A stretch of 64,000 nt of DNA. Origin: the human T2T-CHM13v2.0 reference genome, Homo sapiens. The notes beneath the pieces were generated by a model. It did no database searches. It saw only the letters and a list, made by a program, of their open reading frames with translations, and was not told where the DNA came from. Within the stretch, counting starts at the first letter, position 1, and every line of letters begins with the position of its first letter. Positions 30,864-45,829 of this stretch are shown one piece after another. The position numbers and the translations under genes are program-made. The DNA lies in the NCBI RefSeq assembly GCF_009914755.1, contig NC_060926.1; one strand, given 5' to 3'.

Positions 30864-31296
30864 GGCCAGGTGCAGTGGCTTGCGCCTGTAATCCCAGCAC
30901 TTTGGGAAGCTGAGGCAGACAGATAAAGAGGTCAGGAGTTCAAGACCAACCTGGCCAACATGGTGAAACCCCGTCTCTACTAAAAATACAAAAATTAGCC
31001 AGGCGTGGTGGTGGGGCACCTGTAATCCCAGCTACTCGGAAGGCTGAGGCAGGAGAATCACTTGAAACTGGAAGACAGAGGTTGCACTGAGCCGAGATCA
31101 CTGCCACTGCACTCCAGTCTGGGCAACAAGAGCGAAACTCCATCTCCAGTTAGTGGGTGCAGCGCACCAGCATGGCACATGTATACATATGTAACTAACC
31201 TGCACAATGTGCACATGTACCCTAAAACTTAAAGTATAATTAAAAAAAAAAAGAAAAATAAAAGAAAAATTTTCAAAGAAATGTAAAAAATAAAAA

Positions 31297-31327
<31 letters not shown>

Positions 31328-31330
31328 AAA
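30864..31330 (+). mobile_element. AluS (30864-31146) whose tail contains a young L1 3' end
   Basis: TSD ATAAAACTCAGTA(A/C)GTTTT at 30845 and 31331 brackets both parts. Confidence 0.93.
31148..31270 (+). mobile_element. Extremely 5'-truncated young L1 (L1PA2/L1HS-type) 3'UTR plus poly(A)
   Basis: AGTTAGTGGGTGCAGCGCACCAGCATGGCAC...ACTAACCTGCACAATGTGCAC...CTAAAACTTAAAGTATAAT. Confidence 0.88.
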
Positions 31331-33654
31331 ATAAAACTCAGTACGTTTTTCTCCACAGAGCAACAAAGACACCTATACAAAGTCATAGGAGATCAAGGTC
31401 AATAACTAATATTTAACACATATTCATTCACAGATATGAATTGAGAACAAAATAGCACCAGAAATTTTCAAGAAGTGAAGAACAAATGTAGAGAAGCATA
31501 ATGATAACAAATAGAAAAAAAAAGATGCCCCAAAAAACAGAACTCAAGGAACAGAAAATTGTATTTTGAGTTTCCTTAGAGATTCCAGAACATTCTGCAG
31601 TAAATAAAACAAGATCAAGCTTATGTTTTAAAAAATTATCAGAGAATTAGAAAATGTTACTGGAAAGAAAACCATTAAAAAAGTGTTAGAAAATAAAAGA
31701 AAAAAAGTCTCAAAAGATAGAGCAAAAAAGTCAAAAAAAATGAGAAAACTCTGAGAGAAACATCAAAGAGAAACATCGAGATAGAGAGGCTAGAATTCCA
31801 TCATGTGACTAATGCGAACTTTGGAAAGATCAGAAAAAATAGAGACAAGAAACTAGTCAAAAAACTAATTGACATTATTTCACAACATTTAACAACAAAT
31901 ATCAAATTGGGAGAACCTGACAAGTTCCTAGAATGATGGAAAAAGTCCTATTTCTAAACACATTCATGAAATTTCAGAACATTAAAGATACAAAGATGGT
32001 CTTAAAGGTGATTGGGGAAAAAAATGCCAGTTTATGGATAAGTGAACGGGAATCAGATTGGCATTAGAAAATGAGGCCGTGAGACAAAGAGAAAATTGTA
32101 TATTCTTGCCAAGCCATCCATAATCTGAGTAAGGTTATACTCCAAAGTAAAATGAAAACAAAATTAAAAAAACTATATACAGACTTTTAAAATGCACTTA
32201 ATTTGGAATGCCATATTGAGAACTCTAGTGCATCATTAGAGAATAACTAGCTTTAATTGAAACATGAAGTCAGATGCTTCATTTTGACAAATGTTTTGGT
32301 TGAGAACTTGAATGATTTTAGAGTTAAGCCAAAGACATATGCTTCTTATATAAGCAAGCAAAAAAAAGGCAATTGAACCCTTGAAATCCGCAATAAGACA
32401 AAAAGGTTATTGAAAGTTGTAATCCAAATTTAAAGCAAACAACTGCTCCATGATTTTGAGTAATTGGCATGGTTTGAGAAAAGGTCAACCATTTAATCCT
32501 GACATTATCTTTCAAGGAACTGGAGAAAGAGAAAATTTTAGTTTTCATTTCGTAACTTTCTGTGCTACATGATTTTTTTAACTATGTATTATAGAGGCAA
32601 TATAATAATGATAACAGAGTTATTGAAAGGCATTTTGTGAGCATAGTCAGCACAGGTAGCCCAGAGTAAGAATATTCAAGGAAGCCTTCTGAGAGGAGAT
32701 AGATGTGTAATACATTACCAAACAAATTCAGAAGTAATTCTGCAATAAGTGGGAAGGATGGCAAGAAGACAGAGACAGGATAGGGTGGAAGGAATTCCAG
32801 CAAGAAGAGAATGAGCAAAGAAAGAGAACAATGAACAATACCCATCTATGTATGCTGGATCTTCCTGTATACTAGCCATTGAAGATACAAAGATAAAGAA
32901 GAAATGCTACTTCCTAAATGATTTACAATCAGATGGTGAGGAAAGATAAGCAAGATAGGGCGGCAATACAGTGCTACAATACTGTGCTATTTGGTACTTT
33001 GAGTGATGAGATTTTTCTATTGCAAATGGGAGAGCAGGAGCTGGGTTGTGGGACAGCATGAGGACAGTGATTAGTATTGGGACAGTCACTGAAGGGTGTA
33101 AGAAAGAGGTTACCAAAGACACATTAAATAATTGTCCAGCAGCTTGAATGCCTTTCTAGCACTAAATTGTCACCCAGCCACATAATAGAATAATACTATT
33201 TTTCTCCAAAGTCACTTAACATCCATTTTGAAGGAACCAACATTTTTGGCTGCTTCAAAATGGATGCTAATTGCCTCTGGTTGGTTCAATGGGTGTAGTA
33301 GAAGTACAGAAGTTTACTTGAAATTGAAGAGGCTGGTGAAAGAGTAAACCAGATAATTAATATGGCATTCAGGACCACGATGTAAATGGAGATATAGAAG
33401 TATAATACATAAACTAAGAAAAGTGCAGGCATTAAAGTTTCGTATGTTTCTTTAAGGGTTAATGAACTCAATAAATGGGATAAGATAGAGAGGGCTAATG
33501 ATAGGGTAGGAAGGGACATTAAAATAACTGTGTCCTTTTCTGTTTGCATATAACGTTCCTTCCACTCATTTCTGGCTGAGGTAAAGACACTAATATTGCA
33601 AGGTCGTTATTGAACTTATTGGGCCAATTACTGAAGTATGACACAGTAGAAATA

Positions 33655-33879
33655 CAGACTGAGTATCCCTTATTCAAAAGGCTTAGGACCAGAAGTATTT
33701 GGGATTTTTGATTTTTTTTTAATTCTGGGATATTTGCATTACATTTACCAGTTGAGCATTCCAAATCTGAAAATCTGAAATCTGAGAGGCTCCAACGAAC
33801 ATTTTATTTGAGGGTCAAAAATGTTCATATTTTGGAGCATTTTGGATTTCAGATTTTTGGATTTTGGATGCTCAGCCTG
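33655..33879 (+). mobile_element. Tigger4-type (TcMar-Tigger) MITE
   Basis: TA TSD; TIRs CAGACTGAGTATCC / GGATGCTCAGCCTG; internal GAGCATTCCAAATCTGAAAATCTGAAATC. Confidence 0.82.
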
Positions 33880-34735
33880 TACCATTTATCGTGGTTAGGA
33901 TTTGGTAGAAAGGAGAGAAATAGAGGCCCAAGAGACCTAATGTAGGAATCTGAAAAACACACTTGACCTTTCTGAGTCTCATTTTCTTCTCTCTCTAAAG
34001 TATTTGAATTAATCTATAACATCATGTAGTCCTCAAATCATTGTACAAAGATCATAAATCAAAATTTAGGGGAACATATAAGTGAGCTTTTTAAAGATCA
34101 TCCATAAGTAAATATAAAGAACACACATACTAGGGTTGTCTTTCATTACTATTCTCTTTCCCCCAGTTGTAATTATCACAGAAAAAAAGAGTTATTCCCA
34201 AAGATAACTGGCTCAGTTACATGAACAATTTACGAATTGATCTCATTTATCAGATATTTATAACCAATAGTCAATCAAATAAAGACTTTTTTATTTTACT
34301 TTCCCTCTATCTGATAAGTAAAATAATATTCTAGCATGGTGCTACATTTCAAATAGTACAAAACAAATTAAACTCTTAATGGTCTATAACATATAGACCT
34401 AGTCATTGTAAGAATGTCTGTGTCTTCTCTAATATTTTCCTCAAACAGGATACTCAGATCTTTTATGGAAATAAACTGGATGGTATCTTTTGTGTAAATT
34501 CTACATTCTAAGTCTCCAAGAGAATTATTTAAATGAGAAATGTGAGTCTCAAATTTCCATTCTAGTGGTGCTGAACACTCTAATTCCAAAGACTTGGTTA
34601 AGTCTCTTAATTCTACATGACTAAAGGCTCTCTCTCTCTTTCTGTTTTCCTCTTAACATTGATGGAAAAACTCACATTTCTTCTATTTTAATTTTGCTTC
34701 TAGCATCTGGAGCAATTACCTTTATCATTGGATCT

Positions 34736-35220
34736 TGTATTAGTGTTCTCTAGAAAAAGAGAACCAATATATAAATATACAAGAGGAGATTTTTTATGGG
34801 TATTGTCTCAAGAAATTATGGAGGCTGAGAAAGCCCATGGTCTGCCATCAGTGAGCTGGAGAACGAGAGTGGGTGGTGTAATTCAATCTCAGTCTGAAGG
34901 CCTGAGAGCCAGGGAAGCTGATGATATGACTCCCAGTCTGAGAAACAGAGTCTCGGATGTTTGAGACCAAAAAAAGATACATGTTCCAGCTCGAGAAGAG
35001 AGAATTTGCCCTTCCTCTCCCTTTTTTGTTCTATTAGGGCGCAGTGAATTGGATGATGCCTGACCACATTGGTGAAGGCAGATTTTCTTTACTCAGTGTA
35101 CTGAATCAAATGCTAATCTGTTGTACAAACACTGTCACAGACACACCTAGAAATAATGTTTTAGCTATTATCTGGACACCCTTAGTCCAGTCAAGTTAAT
35201 GAATAAAATTAACCATCACA
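34736..35220 (-). mobile_element. MLT2 (ERVL) solo LTR
   Basis: TGTATTAGTGTTCTCTAGA...AAAATTAACCATCACA; TSD-like GATCT/GATGT. Confidence 0.85.
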
Positions 35221-35840
35221 GATGTTAAAAAATGATATTCAGCTTTTTCTGGATATTAGCTTTATCTGTTTATAATAGTCATACATGGCACTTGAATATT
35301 CTGACAGATTAATTCAAAGTCCTAGGATTAGTGTGATGTTGGTGTGGTCTAGAAGTGAATTGTGGATGGAAATGTTCTCAGCCAAGTGTATTCACTTTGG
35401 GAGAGCTTCAAAGAACAGAATGATTTTGAAATAAGAATATATAATATATAGTCTTACTGGAACCTATGAAAAACTCATGTGTTATCTACTACTCAAGCCA
35501 AAAAAATAATTTTTTATGCTTATGTTGTTAAGGATTTACTTGCATCACTTCATTAATTAGCAATTTGTATTGTATCAAGTGGGTCTAATCCTTTTAATAG
35601 ATTCCAAACAGGCTACTTGGCTATTAAATTCTAGTTTGTTTTATATTTATTCATGAGAAGAAAATGCCATAGAAAGATTCCATGAAGGAAAATGTTTGCT
35701 TTGCATTCAGTCTTTCAACAATAAAAAGGAAAAAAAAATAGACGTTGCTAACTGTGTCATATGTATGAATGGTTTTCTACGGGAATTCCTATCTTTAGTT
35801 GTTCTGTTCCTATTACTTGTTGTCTTCGAAAATGGGTTCC

Positions 35841-36152
<312 letters not shown>

Positions 36153-36378
36153 TCAGGATATGAATATATGCTTCTTGATATAGTGGTTGCAAAAAAAGAT
36201 AAAAATCTTTACATTCCTCATGTTTGCCTTTGTACAGACCCAAATTTCTCACCAACCATTATCTGTAGGAATGACTGTCTCCTCTCTCTCTTATTTGGGT
36301 ACTGAGAAGCTGAACTGTCTACACCTATCAAATGCTTGCTGGCTGAGTGCTCACAGTCACCCAATTTACTGTCTATAT

Positions 36379-36574
36379 CAGTATTTAGCAAAAGATTTTC
36401 TGTAAAGGACCGGAAAGTAAATATTGTAGGCTTTGTAGGCCACCTAAAATCTCTGTTACATATTCTGCTTAAAAAAAAAAAAAAAAAAAAAAACCACCTT
36501 GGAAAAGGTTGAAAAATGTGAGAAGCTTTCGTTGCTTCTGAACTCAGCCCCTGGACACAGTTTGCCAGTGCCTG
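36379..36574 (+). mobile_element. MER58-like hAT-Charlie MITE containing an A-run
   Basis: GCAAA..TTTTCTGTAAAGGACC..GTAAATATTGTAGGCTTTGTAGGCCA ... AGTTTGCCAGTGCCTG. Confidence 0.6.
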
Positions 36575-38731
36575 GACTATATATTAGGATAACTTTATTA
36601 TGCCATTTATTAGCATGACTACTATTCTAGGATATCCTTTCCCAGGCAAGTAGCTTAATTGCTCATTGCAGGAACTTTCCCAAAAACACCAATTGTTCAA
36701 TGGAAAGCATCAGCAGAAAATTTTCACCTTGAGTTCCTATTAATTCCTTGCCTCAAAATTTTTTCCTTGCTTTTTTTCACCTGTCTTAAGCCATTATTAT
36801 TATGATTCTTACCCAATCTGAATTAAGCACATATCTTTTCCCCCACTCTCCAATTTCCATTGGAAGTCCCCCCATCTAAGCCAAACTTTCAATTCTTAAT
36901 AATTTCTAATCTTGTCTTTTCCAATTTAAGACATTACCAAAGCTCTGTGGATGCAGTGTTCTCTCTCAATTGTGGAAAAATCAGCTTTGCTTATAAATAT
37001 GTTATTTTGATGAAGGTGATTTGGGTGATATTTGGGGATCTAGCATTTGACAGTCAACAGAATGATTTTGATTTTGTTATGGTGTCTTTCATAGTTCCCC
37101 TTTCATTATAGTTATATAAGTGTATGCCTGCCTCTCTACTGGAAAGTAAAATTCAGGCTATCAGGAATTATATATTAATTATATTAAGTATTTTGCACAT
37201 AGTAGGCATTAATTAGGTATTTGTTGCACTATAGCAATATAGGTAGTGATCTTTATTGAACCACTTTTATTCAATTGAGTCATTTTTGTTGCTCACTTAG
37301 GGTTTGCTGTATGAAAGCATCTTTCACTTCTATTCATGTGTGAGACAAAGTGAAAAGGAACGATGTTTCAGGAACATCTTTAAGCCTTCTTAAAATGTAC
37401 CCAGGAATAATCAATGTCATTTCTCCACAGGATATTTTCTGTGAAAATAGCAATATTTTGTGCCTGGGTTTCTTTGTGTCTTCAACTATTCCCATGACTG
37501 CGGATCAGGGCATCCCCACAGTGTAGATCCAATCAAGAAAACACCATTTTCTTCAATTTGACAAAATGGAAAGCAAGAAAAGAAACAAAAAAAGTGTCTC
37601 ACTAAAAAATAACCAGTCTCGTTGTATGCTGATAGGGTCGAGGGTAGGTGGGGCTGTTCCATTACTGAGATTAATGCCTAATTACCCACGTGTGTGATTT
37701 TTACTGCACTCAGATTGCTGGGGAACAATACGTATTTCCTCAGTAAAATATATGAGTTGGTTTTCTTTTTAAGTCAGAAAACTTGTCAGAAACCAGCATT
37801 TGAACTGTTGATCTCTTGGGGAACATTTTGTTGGTATGCTGTTATATTGTCAGACTGCCAATATTCTTTTACCTTTTTTCCTTAAGTTGTAAGCAGGTAA
37901 CCATGCTATGTAAGCTACAGACTAGAAACATAAAACTAAATACACATCATCAGAAAAACATCTGGAAGGTAATAGGACCAAAGAGAGAGTTTATACATAT
38001 TGAATCAATATGAATACTTGTTAGGATATGCTAGACATAAATAGTATGTCATTCACATCAGTAAAAGTAATTAGTCTTTCTTTATCCAAAGCACCTCTTC
38101 TGGGACTACCTAAAGGAAAAGTGTTACTGGAAAGAAAGGGAGAGTGTGTTTCAGAGACCCTTCCTTCTTTAGATTGAATAGCTCTCCTCTGCTATCAGAT
38201 CATGTTTTAGAGAAGGGTATGGCTATGTGTTTCATCTCACTAGAATATATTTACCATCTTATCCTTCAGCTCTCAAGATACACAGTTGTTGGTTTCTTCT
38301 ATGGCATTCTTGTGAAGAGTAAAACAAACAAAGCACACACACATACACACACACACACAGTTTTTGATTCCATGAAAAGTAGAGGTGACAGATTACACTT
38401 CTGATGAATAGGCTCATCTGTTGCAATTTCTCCAGGCTCAGAGTCAAGAGATACGCCAATTCATTGCTAGATTCTTTGCCCTGATCTTGGCCTTGCTTGA
38501 CCTGGCCTATCTAGGTAAGGGAGAAGGAGGGTTTGGCAGAAACAGGATGCATCAGACTCAGATTATGGTCAAGATGGGGTCTTTTATGGCCTGTTCAGCC
38601 ACTGTCATATAGGCTTTGTTCTGCTGATCTTAAGATCCAAGTGAAACAAATTAGGCTATTAAAATAAAAGCTGGGTTTCCACAGTAATTGTCTTTAATAA
38701 TAATACCTAACAGGACTTAAAGGGTGAGAGC

Positions 38732-38830
38732 ACTGTCCCTGTTGAGCTTTTGTTATATCAATCCTTTCTATATTTCACACCTACTGTCCCTGTTGAGCTA
38801 TTGTATCAATCCTTGCTATATTTCACACCT
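38732..38830. repeat. Diverged tandem duplication, 2 x about 50 bp
   Basis: ACTGTCCCTGTTGAGCT...ATATTTCACACCT at 38732 and 38783. Confidence 0.85.
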
Positions 38831-39169
38831 ACTTTTTCCAGAACATCATCTCACTTATCAATTCTCACCCTAGTAATGTTTGAAAGAAACCCAGTCGTAT
38901 AAACAGCCGTCTTATATGGTTCATTTGATAATTTCAAATATACAGGTTTGTTGTAAAAACATATTTATAGACATCCTCTATATTTTGAAGAAAAATTCTG
39001 ATGGAAATTTATTTTTTGTCTACACTATTTTTGGAAAGATTATGTTTACACAACATGACAAAGGGAATATTTTACCTGACTGAGACATTTTTGAAGCAGT
39101 TTATACATCTGAAATAATGACTTGGTAGCAGACCAATGAATATTTGCCAAAATGTTAAAATACTGTGGA

Positions 39170-39640
39170 GAGAAAAGTCAAATCTTCATTGACGAATGAA
39201 TGTATAAGTTGTGACATTAATTTATAATGGACCACTAGCAATAAAAAGGACAGAATGATTGACACATGCAGCAACATGAGTGAAATTTAAAACAACTAAG
39301 CTGAGAAAAAGTCCGATCCACCCCCATCAAAAAAGAGTGCATACTATATGATTCCATCTTATAATGGTCTAGAAAAAACAAACAAATATACACCTACGGA
39401 AAGCATATTAGTGGATAACTGGGAGCAGGAAGTGGGGTTGGCAGAAGGGAGGGATTCAAAAGGGCACAAGACAACTTTGGCGAGTAGTGGATGTGGATAT
39501 GGTTATTATTTTAACTATCATGATATTTTCAGAGGTTTATATATATATATATATATATAGGTCAAAACTTATCAAATTGTACCTTTAAATACATGCTGAC
39601 CATTAATTTTATGTCAGTCATCCACAAATAAATCTGTAGA
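39170..39640 (+). mobile_element. Old L1M 3'UTR fragment
   Basis: ACACATGCAGCAACATGAGTGAA, ATACTATATGATTCCAT, GTCAAAACTTATCAAATTGTAC. Confidence 0.6.
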
Positions 39641-39669
39641 AACATAACATCTGAATATCATCAACAAAT

Positions 39670-40088
39670 CTCTCAGTTCCTTTTCTGTTGCTTATAATGG
39701 ATACTTGAAACTGGAGAATTTATAAAGAAAAAAATATTTCTTACAGTTATAGAGGTTGGGAAGTCCACGGTCAAAGAACCACATTTTATGGGCCTTCTTA
39801 CTGAGAGAACTCTCTGAAGAGTCCCTAGGCTATACAGGGTATCTCATGGTAAGGGGGTTGAGCCTGCTGGCTTAGGTGTCTCTTCCTCTTCTAATAAAAC
39901 CACCAGTCCCACTCCTGTGATAACTCATTACTCTACTAATCCATTTATCCATAAATGGATTAGGCCATTCATGAGGGCTCTGACCTCATGACCCAAACAC
40001 CTCTTACATACCCTATGTCTCAATTCTGCTACTTTGGGGATTAAGTTTCAACATGAGTTTTGGAGGGAACAAACATTCAAATGATAGC
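39670..40088 (-). mobile_element. MST-family MaLR solo LTR
   Basis: CTTACAGTTATAGAGGTTGGGAAGTCC, CATGAGGGCTCTGACCTCATGACC, TTTCAACATGAGTTTTGGAGGG..CAAACATTCAAATGATAGCA. Confidence 0.78.
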
Positions 40089-40460
40089 AAAATCCTATCA
40101 GTTAAATTAAGTAGATGAGGGAGGCTCTCTCTCTGGAAGGTGTATAGATTTTTGAACTTTTAATATATACAAAAGTAGAAGAATCCTGTGGGTGGAGTAT
40201 TGACAAAATGTTTGTGAGTATGCTATGAAGGCCTTTTTCTTAGCAGTAATAGTACAACAATGCAAATAATCACATAGGTAAAAAGTAACTTGCATTTAAG
40301 AGATATAAAATGGTCCAAAATATGATATTTGCAATACTAATAGATGATTTTATTCAATAAATTAAAAAATACTTATTTATATTATTCCACAATACATAGA
40401 CAAAGAAGGAAAAAGGGAAAGCTAAAAAGAAAAAAGGAAAGGAATGGAAAAATATTTTTT

Positions 40461-41685
<1,225 letters not shown>

Positions 41686-41693
41686 CAAAAATA

Positions 41694-41885
41694 TTTTTTT
41701 TTTTTTTTTTGAGACGGAGTCTCGCTCTGTCACCCAGGCTGGAGTGCAGTGTTGCGATCTCAGCTCACTGCCAGCTCCACCTCCTGGGTTGGTCCCAGGA
41801 TGGTCTTGATCTCCTGACCTCGTGATCTGCCCGCCTCGGCCTCCGAAAGTGCTGGGACTACAGGCGTGAGCCACCGCACGCGGCC
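41694..41885 (-). mobile_element. AluY-like SINE with an internal deletion of about 110 bp
   Basis: CTCCTGGGTT joined almost directly to CCAGGATGGTCTTGATCTCC; linker region absent. Confidence 0.88.
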
Positions 41886-43465
41886 CAGGCAAAAAGATAT
41901 TTTGAACATTGGATACAATTCATTCATCCTAAGAATAGTAATAGGTAGATATATAAGATAAATAAACACAGAGCAAATAAAGGCTTTCATGGAATATTCC
42001 CACTTTGTAAACTCTAAGAAAATTGTCCTTAAAAGACTTTCAGGGCCACTCCTTTCCTAAAGTGTCATTACATGCAATCATGTAATAATCAGGGGATGGT
42101 TAGCTCATGGGCTGTCATCTCCTCAGGTCCGTTACTTTGAGGTAAAAGGAATGAAAAAGGATTTAAAATATTACTTAGTAACCTACACGGATTGAATTCA
42201 GGCTGTCAGTTAAGTGGATCATGTTTGAAAACACATTTTGATTTTAAAATAAAACGAGTTGAGAATGGGCAATGAACTAAATGAAGCAAGATAAATCAAT
42301 TCCTAACTCAGCAACTTCAGGCATCAGCATGGGAAGTGTTTTTAGGCTGAAGTTTTCTTGGTCTCTTATAAATCACACCAGACAGGCCTATGGGTGAGGT
42401 AAACTGTATTATGAGAATATCTAAAAACACTACTTCAATGCAATACTAATTTCAAAACAAAATGAACCCCTCCACTAGATATATAATTAATGAGGAATGT
42501 TTAGGAATTGCTCAACAATTTGTTTACCATCTCATTTTTTTCCCACCAAGGATATTTAAGAAGAAATAAGGTGGGAATCTGATTAACTTAAAAATAAATT
42601 TTATTGTGTGTATTTTAAGATCTACAACATGATGTTATCAGATACATGTATTTAGTTAACATGGTTACTATTGTGGAACAAATTAACATATCCATCACCT
42701 CTCGCAGTTATCCATTTTTTTCCCCCGTGGTAAAAGCAGGTATTATCTTTTGTTGCTGTCATCTGCAGTGCTTTTCAGGAACCAAGAATTAGGTTAAAAT
42801 ACACCTAGTGTTTGTAATTAATCTCTAGTGACTACAGACCTATAAAAAGTTGTTCTGCTTATTTTTCATCTTCAGTAAATTGCTAAGGGATCCTGCAGGT
42901 TGGTGCTTTATGAGGGAATTTTGGCTAACCAAGCCATATAAATATATTTTCCATTACATTCTTCTCAATTTCCAATCGCTTTAAGATTATTATAACTTAG
43001 TTTTAAAAGTCAACCTGTGAAGATCGATTAGGTAAAACTCAAATTAGTCACTTTGGAGGTTTCTGGTAGAAACACAAATGATGTTTGGTGATATCTTTAG
43101 TACATACCAGTTCCTACTGCACCATGCCATGGGAATGATATTCAAGAGTGGTGACATGACTGAGGTAGTAAATCCTTTATCATCATGACTGAGAGGATGC
43201 AGAAATCTGTGCGGAAGAAAAGAGATTGTGAGCTTTTTGAAGCAGTGACAATATATGATATGAATCTCCATATTCATAATTTGCATATAGAAGCTGCTCA
43301 ATGAATATTTAAGTTAAAAAAAAAATACAGTCCTTCATGGCAAGGAATTTCATCCCAGTCTCTGCCAACAAGAAGAACTCTTCTGTAATGGGCCATGGGG
43401 CAGGCCAGGCCCTCCTTGGCTCTGTGGCTCTGGACTGGGCAGCAGCAACTCTCATCCCTGTGTGG

Positions 43466-43802
43466 AGCCATCATATCCCCTGTGAACTGCATGTACACAT
43501 CCAGATGGCCAGTTCCTGCCTTAACTGATGACATTACCTTGTGAAATTCCTTTTCCTGACTCATCCTGGCTCAAAACCTCCCCGACTGAGTACCTTGTGA
43601 CCCCCAACCCTGCCCGCCTGAGAACATCCCCCTTTAACTGTAATTTTCCTTTACTTACCCAAACCCTATAAAACAGCTCCATCCCTATCTCCCTTCGCTG
43701 ACTCTCTTTTCGGACTCAGCCCGCCTGCACCCAGGTGATTAAAAAGCTTTATTGCTCACACAAAGCCTGTTTGGTGGTCTCTTCACACGGACGCAAGTGA
43801 AA
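43466..43802 (+). mobile_element. HERV-H host 5' LTR (LTR7 family, ATTAAA subtype), first ~24 bp missing
   Basis: AGCCATCATATCCCCTGTG...TATAAAA (about 43667)...GTGATTAAAAAGCTTTATTGCTCACACAAAGCCTG...GTGAAA. Confidence 0.95.
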
Positions 43803-45786
43803 TTTGGTGCCTCCCTGCCAATTGTGTCTGACCCCTTCTCTCTGTATCTCTACCCCTTCTCTACTTTTCTGGAGGGCAAGAATCCCCTGACCCCTTCTCT
43901 TCGTGTCTCTACCCCTTCTGCACTTTTCTGGAGGGCAAGAACCCCCCAACCCCTTCTCTCCGTGTCTCTACTCTCTTTTCTCTGGGCTTGCCTCCTTCAC
44001 TATGGGCAAGCTTCTGCCCTCCATTCCCCCTTCTTCTTCCTTAGCCTGTGTTCTTAAAAACCTAAAACCTCTTCAATTCACACCTGACCTAAAACCTAAA
44101 TGCCTTATTTTCTTCTGCAATGCCGCTTGACCCCAATACAAATTTGACAGTGGTTCCAAATAGCCAGAAAAATGGCACTTTCAATTTCTACATCCTACAA
44201 TATCTAAATAATTCTTATCGTAAAATAGGCAAACAGTCTGAGGTGCCTGATGTCCAGGCATTCTTTGACACCTCGGTCCCTCCCTAGTCTCTGTCCCCAA
44301 TGCGATTTGTCCCAAATCCTCCTTCTTTCCCTCTCGCCTGTCCCCTCAGTCCCAACCCCAAGTGTTGCTGAGTCTTTCTAATCTTCCTTTTCTACAGACC
44401 CATCTGACCTCTCCCCTCATCACCAGGTCAAGCTAGGTCCCAACTCTTCCTCAGCCTCCGCTCCTCCACCCTATAATCCTTTTATCACCTCCCCTCCTCA
44501 CACCCGGTCCGGCTTACAGTTTTCTTCCTGCACCTGCCCAGCAATGTCCTCTTAAAAAGTGGCTGCAGCCAAAGGCATAGTCAAGGTTGATGCTCCTTTT
44601 TCTTTATCCAACCTCTCCCAAATCAGTTAGCGTTTAGACTCTTTCATCAAATATGAAAAACCCAGCCCAGTTCACGGCCCCTTTGGCAGCAACCCTGAGA
44701 CGCTTTACAGCCCTAGACCCTGAAAGGTCAAAAGGCCGTCTTATTCTCAATATACATTTTATTTTATTACCCAATCTGCACCCAACATTAAATAAAGCTA
44801 GAAAAATTAAATTCCAGCCCTCAAACCCCACAACAGGACTTAACTAACCTCACCTTCAAGGTGTACAATAACAGAATAGAGGCAGCCAAGTAGCAACATA
44901 TTTCTGAGTTGCAATTCCTTACCTCCACTGTGAGAGAAACCTCAACCACATCTCCAGCACACAAGGACTTCTTCCAAACACCTAAACCACAGTGGCCAGG
45001 CGTTCCTCCAGGCCTGCCTCCCCCAAGAGCTTGCTACAAGTGCCAGAAATCTGACCACCGGGCCAAGGAATGCCGGCAGCCCAGGATTCCTCCTAAGCCG
45101 TGTCCCATCTGTGCGGGACCCCACTGGAAATTGGACTATCAAACTCACCCGGCAGCCACTCCCAGAGCCCCTGGAACTCTGGCCCAAGGCTCTCTGGCTC
45201 TTTCCCAGATCTTCTTCGCTTAGTGGCTGAAGACTGACGCTGCCTGATCGCCTCAGAATCTTCTTAGACCATCACAGATGCTTTAAGTAACTCTCACAGT
45301 AGAAGGTAAGTCCGTCCCCTTCTTAATCAATACTGAGGCTACCCACTCCACATTACCTTCTTTTCAAGGGCTTGTTTCCTTTGCCTCCATAACTGTTGTC
45401 GGTATTGACGGCCAGGCTTCTAAACCTCTTAAAACTCCCCAACTGTGGTGCCAACTTGCACAGCATTCTTTTATGCACTCCTTTTTAGTTATCCCCACCT
45501 GCCCAGTTCCCTTATTAGGTCAAGACATTTTAACTAATTATCTGCTTCCCTGACTATTCCTAGGCTACAGCCACACCTCGTTGCCGCCTTTTCCCCCAGT
45601 TCAAAGCCGCATTCACATCCTCCCCTTGTATCTCCCCACCTTAACCCAGAAGTATAAGATACCTCTACTCCCTCCTTGGCGACTGATCATGTACCCCTTA
45701 CCATCCCATTAAAACCTAATCACTCATACCCCACTCAATGCCAATATCCCATCCCGCAGCATGCCTTAAAAAGATTAAAGCCTGTT
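43803..45786 (+). pseudogene. HERV-H host internal region, part 1: broken PBS/leader, gag, pro, start of pol
   Basis: PBS cut after TGGTGCC; zinc knuckle CYKCQKSDHRAKEC; degenerate protease FLINTEATHS; ends AAAGCCTGTT. Confidence 0.95.
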
Positions 45787-45829
45787 TGTCTTCTTATAAT
45801 AAGAAGAAAAATAAAATGACATAGTGGTA

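Noticed and set aside
45775-45800. Loss of the guest 3' LTR by ACAGG microhomology deletion
   Set aside because: That would give AAGAAGACAGGCTTT on the minus strand, but the observed AAGAAGACA-AACAG-GCTTT keeps the full TSD. A different precise deletion is not formally excluded.
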